From Paramecium tetraurelia (taxonomy: Eukaryota): 49,637 nt of DNA. The notes under the pieces are model-generated. The model did not search any database. It was not told the origin of the DNA and was given only the letters and a program-made list of their open reading frames with translations. This document shows positions 39,901-49,637 of the stretch, in pieces. Each line of letters starts with the position of its first letter. Within the stretch, counting starts at the first letter, position 1. The stretch is from the NCBI GenBank assembly GCA_000165425.1, contig CT868040.1:186001-235637 (forward strand), given 5' to 3'. Both the position numbers and the translations under genes were made by a program.

Positions 39901-40920
39901 GGTTAGAAACAAGTTTATTAATGTACCTTATTATTTCAAGTTGAGTAAAGGCAATAAAATATATAAATTATTCTTCAACACATCTCTTTGAACAACTTTC
40001 AGAATTTCTACCAAAGTTTCCAGGATTCCTGTTATATAAAAAGTATTAAGAATATTATCTTGCAATTCATGAATTTATTTGACACTCCAATTTAAAAATT
40101 ATTCTAATAGATTGCATTTCAATATATCTGTTCTACTGAATAATTTAGACAAATATAGTGCTCCCATGTTTCTTAATTTTGTGGATGATTTTAAATAATT
40201 GACTCCCAAATTTAACAATGATGTTATTATCGTATTGCTTGATGTGAAAGTGTCTTAAATGGCATTAAAGATTTAAGAATCAATTGAATTTAAATCAAAT
40301 GGAACTAAAACTATTATGCTTAACCACATGAGAATAACATATTTAGTTTCCCAATTCTAATTAAGATCTGTTGAGCAATGTTACAAATACATAACAACTG
40401 GTTCCAAATTGCAGACTTCATGTGGACAGTATCTGCTGATTGTTCTTATTCCTCTCACTTTTGTAAGAATATAAATTGTATCACAAATGTTGTGAAATTC
40501 TTCACAGCTACTTACCCCAACATTATTAACATTTTTTAGCACATAAACTTTTACTACATCCATAAAACTCACACAAATCTATTCTAAAATAGAATCTAGT
40601 AATGTATTTTATTCTTGGTATTTTTCAAATATGTGACATACTCTATTTTTTACTTTAATAAATGGAAATTTCTGTAATTGAGGATTATTTTCATTTTACA
40701 CAATGAATTTTTATGTAAAATAAACACACATATTTTTTATATCCTTCATTATTATTTCAAAATCCAATTACAATTATTCTTCATGTTGCTTATTTGTCAT
40801 TTCTTATTCTGAAATACTATATGCGAGATTTTATTTATCTTCCTCTTCTATTTCATCATACTACAAGTTATTGTATTTCTTCCTTAAATTCAGATCTTCT
40901 GATTCATAGTAAAATGCCAT
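36929..40920 (-). CDS. TBCD: Tubulin-folding cofactor D
   Basis: YQE..LLD, KVRG..PHEV..LEPV, WETKYVILMWLSIIVLVPFDL, DTVVRWSAAKGIGRI, WHGGCLALGEL, FDREVNVRRAAS, GDVG. Confidence 0.95.
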
Positions 40921-40968
40921 TTTTATTTTTATAAAAGAAATTAATATTAATTTATATTCTTTAAATTA

Positions 40969-42463
40969 TCATAATTACTCACTTAATTTTGATATATGAT
41001 TCCAGAATTCTTCTACATTCTCTTTGGTTGTTGTGTGATTTGAAATAGACACTCTAAGATAAAATACACCCTTAATTTCTGATCCACTTATAAATCCAAG
41101 CATAGTGTTTTAATTTATTAACTCTTGTATTTTTCTATTTAATTTATTTTATGTAGTCAAATCTTCATGAACCAATAAAAATGTGACTAATCCCAATTAT
41201 GGTTTTGTAAATATCCTGAATCTGTTAGATGATCTTACTAATTGTTCGAAATGATTAGCCACTTCTATCTTCTATTAAATCTATTCTTTCATACCATTCA
41301 ATCCCAAGCTTTTTATCATCCAAAACATTTTAATTGAATTAAATCTCTTACCCAAAGCTACCTGCCAATCCTTATAATCCCAAACATCATAATTATCGGT
41401 GAATTTATTCTTATAAATCTCAAAATCTATCTTATTTCCCATAGCTTCAGCTAATTCACTTTTATCATTAACATAAAATAAGCTTCCAGTCAACCCACAC
41501 ATCATCAATTTTGCAAAGTTGATTTCTATAGAATCTGCAAACTCTAAGCCTTTGGCTTTCTCTCTGTATTCATTTATAAGCCAAGATGACCCAGCATAAG
41601 CGGCATCCACATTGAACCAAATTTAATATTTCTAACAAATCTCACCTAATTTATCTATCGGATCGAATGCACAAGTTCCTGTTGTGCCAAATGAACAACT
41701 TAACCAAAATGGAATAAGCCCATCTTTAATATCCTGCTCAATTATCTCTATTGCCTTCTATAAATCTACAACATAATTTTATAATTCCTCGTTAAATATA
41801 ACAGGTAGTTTCTTTTAATAATATATATCCTTTAAATGCAATGCTTTTGTAGCACAAGCGTGAGCACTCTCGACATAATAACCTACAAATTTGCAAATTT
41901 ATGCAGAATCTGTATTTATTTTCAATTACTTCATCTTTCTTCTCTTAGCTACATGTACAGAAATAAAGATGGCATCTGAAACTGTGCCAGCTATTGTCCC
42001 TCCTCCTTAATTTTTCATTAAAAATTTGTTAGGTAAATCTAAACCATATACTACCCAATCAACTACAATATTTTCCAATTCTGTTTATGCAGGAGAAGCT
42101 AGCCATTAAAACCCAGGTGTTCCAAACGCAGAAGCAAATATTTCTGCTATTATTGAAGCATGTGTAATGTTTGATGGGTAATATGCATAAAAATTTGGAT
42201 GACTCCATAAAGTCAGTCCAGGGAAAATCTAAACATTCAAGCTAGTAATTTACTTTAGTTTCAGTTTCTTTTAATATGCTATCGAGGGATTCTGGTTCTA
42301 AGGGAGGCTATTCTGAAAATTGTTATCTCAAGAATCCTGGTTAAACCTGAGGGACAACCGGGTATTTTAATTAGGCAATCTCATCAAATTTATTCGACAC
42401 CAATTGCAACATTTTTGTACCCGCTTCCACTAATATTTCTGTATTTAAGAACTTCTTGCTCAT
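40969..42463 (-). CDS. Group II PLP-dependent aromatic-L-amino-acid decarboxylase-like protein
   Basis: VQPGFLR, PGLTLWSHPNFYAYYP, GFQWLASPAQTELE, GTTGTCAFD, VDAAYAG, NFAK (PLP Lys), DWQVALGKRFNSIKMF; one intron. Confidence 0.93.
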
Positions 42464-42664
42464 TATCTAATTAATTACGCTATCTAATTTATATTAAATA
42501 ATTATCAATATATCAAATTTAATTAAAATGTCTTGAATATTTCATCCTCATCATTATGATTAATGCATGTTCAAAAATCATATATAATATTAATTAAATA
42601 ATGCAATTCAAGTCTAAATTTAAAAATATAAATCTTCTTATTAATAATATTATTACACAAACCA

Positions 42665-44007
42665 ATGGAGTACCTCTCATTGGAAATACTATTATCTTTT
42701 TGCTTCATAGCACTCTATTATCTCTATTATAAGAAGTTTAGATTCTTTGTAATAGAGGAGAAAAAGAAAGAAAACATTATTAGACACAAATAAACAAGAG
42801 GCAAGTGCCCCCCTTCATATCCAAATGGATGGTATCGGCTTTGTAGAAGTACAGAATTGAAGATTGGGTAAGGAGTTATCACTTAATTTATAGATAAGTG
42901 GAAGAAATAAAACTTGCTGGTCGTCACATAGCTTATTATAGAGGTACAGATAAAGTAGTTTATGCTGTTGCTGCTTATTGTCCACATATGGGAGCTAATC
43001 TTGGAATTGGAGGATAAGTTAGATTCAATTCCTGTATTGAATGTCCATTCCATGGATGGACATTTGATGGAAAATCTGGATTATGTGTCAATTCTGAAAA
43101 ATTAGATCCTAAAATTGTATCAACATATTGTTACAATAATATTCAAAATATGGATCCTAATAAGAAAGGAGAATATTTACAAAAAGTAGAAGAAGGAGAA
43201 ATCAAAATAAAAACTTATCTCATTAAAGAGATTAAAGGAATGGTCTATATATGGCTCCATTGTTTAGAAGCAAAACCATGGTATGATCCTATGGTTGAGA
43301 AATGTGATCATTTGTAATTAAGAGGAGAGAGCATCAACTACATTAACTGTCATATTCAAGAGTTTCCGGAAAATGGAGCAGATATTCGCCATTTTGATTA
43401 TATTCACGCATCAGTTAGTGATTTTATTCCTACTTGGCTTATTAAATTTAAATGGAACATGAAAAGCATGTCTGCAAATGATCCAGACTTTTATAAAAAA
43501 ATGGAACACCCTAAAGAAAAGATCAGAAATTATTAAAAGTAATTATTCGATCATTATTTGTCAAATAAAGATTTAAGACCATATATGAATGTATTATGTT
43601 TAGATGGATCTCTGATGTTCTTTAATAAATGGAAAATTAATGCATTATATATAACAGGATTTTAAATGGGGCCTGCCACAATCTAATTATATATTTTATC
43701 TAGTCTATTTGAGGTTTTCTATAAATAAGCTTTGCAACCTGTCGAAAAATTCAATCAAAAGGTTTTCTTAACATTACACATAAATTCTTATTTACCTTAT
43801 TGGCTTAGTGCATATATTTTATCAGGAGGGTTGAGATAGATTATTTCAGATGTAAGTGTGTGGGATAATAAAATATTTGCAGCTTAAAGTTGCTATAATT
43901 TAAAAGGTGATGCTGATCCTGTATTAATGAGATGGAGATAATGGTATTCGTAATTTTATGAGGGATCAAGAGATTTTGAATAAAAATTAGATTCATTAGA
44001 ATGGTGA
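42665..44007 (+). CDS. Rieske sterol C7-desaturase-like (Neverland/DAF-36 family), copy 2
   Basis: Collinear with copy 1: TM, CPH..CPFH Rieske motif, EFPENGADIRHFDYIH, SDVSVWDNK, WRQWYSQFY; TGA 44005-44007. Confidence 0.92.
42812..43286 (+). repeat. 475-bp direct repeat, copy B (partner 27490-27964)
   Basis: Same comparison as copy A. Confidence 0.92.
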
Positions 44008-44559
44008 TGTAGCAAATATAAATTATTAGTATATAGTATATTTTATTAAAAGTGAGCAGACAAAAATATTATTTTATCTTAAACTTTTGTTTGTATATTT
44101 TTTTATTTAAAAATTACAATTTTATTATTAATTGTTCATCAAGGGAAGTATTTGAAATGTATTAATCCAATCATAGCCATCTAGATTAACCTCATTATCC
44201 GATTCAAAATGCAGTTGCTCTGTTAAATGTTTTTACAGAGTGTTGAAATGATAGATAAGTTAGTAGAACAATTTAGTTAATATTTTACTAAAATTTATGC
44301 TTCCTACATTCTTATAAGAAACATCTAAAATTATATTTTGATAATTAACTTAAACTTAATAAAATGATGTTGTTAGACTCTTTAACATATATAATTATTT
44401 GATAACTTATCTAAAAATTAATAAAAGATATGCATTATTTTCTCTTTAATTAAGATAAAATAATGAAATATTGATTTTGGTATTCTATCATTAATTTAGT
44501 AGATTATAAGTGAAATTATAATTCCATTTTAATTATATTATTATTATTATCTTTTGATT

Positions 44560-44914
44560 TGATGATACAGGAAAAAAAGTATAATTCAGCAGATTTCTTC
44601 CCTGTGTACCTAGCTAATGGCTAGCCAATCTTCAAAGGCATTTTGACAACTTTTACAATGCATTAAGTAATCTGTGTGAATTCAGAGCTCCCAAATTATT
44701 GAATTTTAGAGATGGAAAAATAGTTAATGGCTTCCAATAATGTCTATAAAGGTAACTTTCTCAGATGGGACTAATTAACTGGTCACCTGAGACTCTTTAA
44801 TCTTGTTTTAAGGCTTTGGAAAAAAATATGAATTAGGAAAAGCCAAAAGATACACAGGAAATCTTCTAAAGAATAAAAAGGAAATTCAAGTACATATTCT
44901 TATTTTAGGCTTGA
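44560..44914 (+). other. Possible small CDS or gene remnant
   Basis: About 110 open codons (..FLPCVPSQWLANLQRHFDNFYNAL..WSPETLQSCFKAL..) at coding-like GC content; start codon not identified. Confidence 0.3.
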
Positions 44915-45037
44915 TTTTCATATTTTAATGTTTTTATTGTTTTTGAAATATATATAGTTTGAAAATAATATAATTAAGACATAAATTACACAATAAAAAT
45001 TTTAAAACTAATGACAAAATATTTCAAAAATTATATT

Positions 45038-45827
45038 TCAAATGATTTCATACAATTAGCACTCCAAACATTAACATACACCACACTTTTTGCAAATACT
45101 TTGTGTATTTTTCAAATGACATTTGTCACATTTCACCATCACTTAATTTTACTCAAATTCATGTTAACACAAATCATTAATTTATTAATTTTTTTTTTTT
45201 TCATTTTAATCTAGTCTTTTTGCTAATTTCCTTATGATTTTGTTTTATTATTATATCTACTTCTCCATTAATTTAATTTTTTTTATTACAATATCCAGAC
45301 AATCATGCTCTTCATTCATTTTATGAATTAGTTTACATTTCTAACAAGTTTTAGTGATGTATCCACATATCTATTAATGAACCTTCATTTATTGCAAACA
45401 GTCTTTGAAATTACAGCCAGAATGTGGACAGTTAGTTTTTTCGTATTCGCATTACTTCAAATGAGAATCTAGTCTTGAGAGTTACATTTATTGAGAACAT
45501 CCTTCATTTATACATTTAATCTGTATTTCAGAGATTAAATTTCTTACTATTGGATGAGAATCGTTCAATCTAATGTTTTGACAACAATTTTAACAAGATT
45601 CTATTTTATAGATCACACTTTATACAATTTTTCTCTAACTATTTAAATATACATATAGAACAAAATAGTATTTTACATCCACTACACTCCTTAGGATCTA
45701 CAACTAATTCTTAACATATTACACATATTAAGTGTAAATTGATGCTTTTAGGATCCACAATTAAACTTCTAAGTATTGGAGATTAAGAAATGGATAAAGA
45801 ATTCATTGATATTTTTTATTGATTCAT
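45038..45827 (-). CDS. RING plus TRAF-type zinc finger protein, paralog of 18321-18969, with extra C-terminal Cys cluster
   Basis: LICVICQELVVDPKECSGC..FCSICI; IKCINEGC..LDSHLKQCEY..CPHSGC; intron at the same position as in the paralog; tail CDKC..CKKCGVCQCLEC. Alternative start 45806. Confidence 0.85.
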
Positions 45828-46371
45828 TTCTATTAAGATATCTCTCCTAATAAATACTAAATTTTATAAACCTCTTAAATTTTATTGTAATATAAAATAA
45901 TTATGAAAATAGTATTTCCGATAAAGTTTAAATAGTTTGCATTTAAATTTGTTTTCAATAAACTCAAAACAATAATACTTGAATGTATTTTAATACTTTA
46001 GATTTTTTAGTCTTTAAAAAGTAGTTTGATTAAAATTAATGCAATGATTTCTACTTTATTTAATCTTAATAACAGCACAAAAATGTTAAATAAATGTAGT
46101 ATTATATGAAAATGTTATTATATATTTGGATGTTTAAGTCAATTAATAGATGAAATCTTTACGAATATTAGAATTAAGTTGTATCCTTTTTAGAATTAGA
46201 AAGAAGAAGTGAATATAGCATTACCTAATACCATAATTTTAGAATATCCGATTTTCAATAAGAATCTTCATACGAAGCAGCAATATACACTTGTTTGGTG
46301 GATTGCGACACAAATTTATTTAGAGAATTTAATAAATGCATATTCACAAAATTATTAGTAATAATTTTATC

Positions 46372-48562
46372 ATGAAAAGGCATAGCACAGGAAAAAAATT
46401 TCACAGAATAAAAGGAATAAAAAAGGCTGACCTGAATGCGATTATTTCTGAAACTCCAAAGCAAATTGAAGAGTTTATTGAAAGTCTCTCATCCCAAGGA
46501 TCGCTGATCAAAAAAGTAAAATATGCATATTTTTAAACAAAAAATGGTTTAAAGTTTCCAGGATTTATTGGTATTGTTCATTTTCTTTTATCGAGCAACC
46601 GAGCCTATTGTACCAAATGACACTCTTGTCACTCTCCCTAGAGAAACCTTACTTACCACCCTATAGGCATTTGAATCTCCATTAAAGCCTATGTTTCTAG
46701 AATATCCATAATTTTTTAGTCCCTAATTTCATTCCTAATGGGAATATCACCAAATTCTTGCATTTTTATTATATGAATATTAAAGAGGAACTGATTCCAA
46801 ATGGTATTATATGATAGTAAACTTCCCAAGAGATGTTGACTATGCTGTATTTTGGAATACACAAGAATTAGAATCGCTAAAAGATGAAAATATAATTAAA
46901 AGTGCAAGAAAAAAATATATAGGGCTTCTAGTTACTTTTTAAACTCTTAGATATATAGCAGACAAATTTCCAAACCTTTATAAACCTGGAATTGTAACAA
47001 TGGAAAATGCCATATGGATTCATACAAGTATTGTTACAAGATGCTTTGGAGGATAAGGGTTGAAATATGTCACAATGGTACCATTTTGTGAGCTATTTAA
47101 TCATGAATGTGCTGATGTATGTTATGATCTAGAATAATAAGATTAAAGTACAAGGTACAATTATGAATTTATGACAAAAAAATTAGTTCAAGGTTAGGAG
47201 AATGATGATGAGTTGTCAATTACATCTTCAGAAAATTCTTAATTTTCAGAAGATGACATGAGTGATTCGGAATTTGTAACAGGTGAGTACGATTAATATT
47301 AAGAATTTAATTTTGATAAATTTAGTGAAAATTCAATCATAAATTTTGAAGAAAATATAAAAAGTTTTTTCAAGAAAAATTAATCAGTGAAAAGTGATGA
47401 ATTAATTAAAATGAGAAAAGAATTTAATATTAGATTGAATATTTAACAAGATGTTTTCTAATTAGCAATAGATTGCAAAGCATATTTGTTTTAAACAATT
47501 GATTTTGGAGATAATTTTTCAATTTTTTTTTTAGGACAAATCTTTTAGTAATTGGATTAACTAATCTAATAATTTTTTAGTTTGGAAAGGTCATCCTATT
47601 AAGCAAGAGCAGAAATACAACAAATTAAAATTGATTGCAATTTGTATAAAAATTTTTGGTATTCTTTTTAAAATGAAGTTCTAAAAAGACCAATCTAATA
47701 AAAATACAATGTGTTTGCTCAAAAGATAGTTCGGAAACCAGAAAGGCCCATATTTAGCATGGAATAAATCTTATCCCAACCTGTTGATCGAAGTTGTGAT
47801 TATTACACATAAGCCTTCTAGAAAGAGACTTTTAAAAATCTTCTAATGAGAACCAGAGATCCTTTCGAGAAAGGGGCCTAGGTATATTTTTGCTATAGTC
47901 GATTGTCGAATAGAATTATGTTGCTTAAATATGGAATGTCTCTAGAATATAATAAATATGATAGTACATTTCTAAGAGTTGAATTTTTAAAATATATTAA
48001 AAATAAGGTGGGTATTTGGATTGTTCATAGATTTAAACTAAATAAATTAAAAAGATTCAAACTAAAACATATAGTTCCTCCTTATGAATTAATTGTTTTT
48101 TGTAAATTAATATATTGGTAATACATCATTTGTAATAATTTTCTAGGAACACGAATGTTCATTCTGTTAACACTATTTTTAATATCTAAGATTTGTAATT
48201 AGAAAGATAAGCTTTATCCTTAGCCCTGGAAATTTTGATTGAATAAAATTCAAAATTTAAAGAAACAATTGAAGAACTTGAGTAATTGCTGCTTGAGAAA
48301 AGTTTAGGATATCATTAATATTTTGCAGTTATCTATCGATTAGAAAGATTGAGAATATATCGTCGAAATATTCAGTATTGAATTTATTCCATTTAGTCTA
48401 ATTAATATAAGCATAATTGTAATAGACAAATTGATGAAAGGAGTTCCATATGAAAAAGCAATTGAAAGAACAGAGTTTGATTTAGATTTCTATGAAACAA
48501 ATAGGTACATATTAAGGAAATATTTTGATTAAATAAGAGGGGCATTATATCAATAAAAATGA
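46372..48562 (+). CDS. Rubisco-LSMT-type SET lysine methyltransferase (SETD3/4/6-like)
   Basis: LAFLLYEYQRGTDSKW..NFPRD..FWNTQELESL; IVTRCFG; MVPFCELFNHE; GAQVYFCYSRLSNRIMLLKYG; three introns. The start could be 46336. Confidence 0.85.
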
Positions 48563-49637
48563 AATTATGTATTTGGTAATATAAAGTCATCATCATATTC
48601 AAATTTATTATATTTAATTGTAGATTTATCTATTAGAAGAAAATTTATTTAGAGGTATTGCATTATTGAAATCTAAAGATATATTTTTGGATGATTTAAT
48701 TGTATTCTTGCTTAATTTGAATGTTGAATTTATTCCATATAAAATATATATATAGCACTTATTATTATATGTCGTCATATATTTTAACATTAAGAAGACA
48801 GTTGCGCGATAGATGAAAATACTGTGTGAAAGTGAAAGATATCTCAAAAAAAAAGCTAATAAATTAAAAATTAGAAAACTACCACACTTTTAAAGGAATA
48901 AAGATATTTTGGTAGAGGAAACAATAAGATAACTCTGATCAAATCGAACTTATCAAGAGTTTCACCTGAAGAAATTTTATCAAACATAATCAAAATATAT
49001 TTTTGCTAGTTATTTTTAGTATAAAAAAATGCATTTTAATCTAAAAGCAAACACAGATTTTTTAAATTTTAATTAATAATCATTGGTTTATTACAATAAC
49101 CCTTTTATTGGAAATAACAAATAGGATCTTAAAACTGTTATTTTTCATTTAGTTGAAAGAACACCTATTAACAAATTTCATAGTTTTATTTCTTTGCGAT
49201 TTATCTTAAATTAACAAACGATATTATATTATTAAAATTATCAGTTAATATTGTTAAGCGTAATCAGTCAAAAACTGGTTCCTAAATACAACCAATGGTC
49301 TTAAAGACCAAATTCATTTTTCAACTTATGAAATTCTATAAGAAACTCACCTTTATTATACTTGAACTTGTGCTTGGGTTGATTTTTTATTACATAATCT
49401 AAGCAACGAATGACTATTGTATGATGATTTTGCGAACTTATTGAGAGTATTATTAGTGTTTAACTATTAGAACCTGCCACTTATTATTAGTTATACCTTA
49501 ATGTAATTGAGCTTAGGACTTTGGAACTAAGACAACCATTAATTTGTAGATTCTTAATTATTTGATAGAGGCCACTTCAGGTTTATACCGTTGAATAGTA
49601 AATATTTTAGAAATATTTGCTTGATATAGTTTTATTG

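Larger units (their letters stand above)
1..49637. other. Ciliate (Paramecium-like) macronuclear DNA; TAA/TAG=Gln code; tiny spliceosomal introns
   Basis: Conserved proteins (CK1, PFK-2, TBCD, decarboxylase) continue through in-frame TAA/TAG and end at TGA. Example introns: 2579-2604, 2727-2747, 11590-11612. Confidence 0.95.

Noticed and set aside
1..49637. Mass pseudogenisation suggested by many in-frame TAA/TAG
   Set aside because: They fall at Gln-compatible positions in conserved proteins, as expected for the ciliate genetic code.
1..49637. CRISPR arrays, transposases, rRNA/tRNA genes, prokaryotic defence systems
   Set aside because: No repeat-spacer arrays, terminal inverted repeats with transposase, or structured RNA signatures were recognised; the DNA is eukaryotic and intron-containing.

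Overview
AT-rich, gene-dense eukaryotic DNA from a ciliate, most consistent with the Paramecium macronuclear genome. Genes read through only if TAA/TAG encode Gln and TGA is the sole stop, introns are 21-29 nt GT..AG, and some intergenic gaps are only about 20-50 bp. The supplied ORF track treats TAA/TAG as stops and ignores introns, so it shows gene fragments and antisense shadows. Manual translation supports about 25 protein genes: CK1, Rpp20/Pop7, a cNMP-binding protein, a degenerate nucleoside hydrolase, an ankyrin-AGC kinase, a CFAP119-like protein, two RING/TRAF zinc fingers, DRC11/IQCA1, LITAF, PFK-2/FBPase-2, an ATXR5/6-like PHD-SET protein, two Neverland/DAF-36-type Rieske sterol desaturases, a ~1,900-aa Sfi1-like repeat protein, a CHIP-like TPR/U-box ligase, an AT-hook-like protein, TBCD, an aromatic amino acid decarboxylase, an LSMT-type SET protein and several hypotheticals. 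I found no RNA genes, transposons, CRISPR arrays or telomeres. The best leads are: (1) the two Rieske paralogs share a 475-bp tract, intron included, with one mismatch over the Rieske domain, while their catalytic domains diverge; (2) two convergent genes end on the same palindromic TCATGA; (3) a signal-peptide-bearing nucleoside hydrolase fold has lost its Ca2+ ligands; (4) a few homopolymer-type frameshifts that may be assembly errors. Coordinates and family calls come from manual reading, not database searches.
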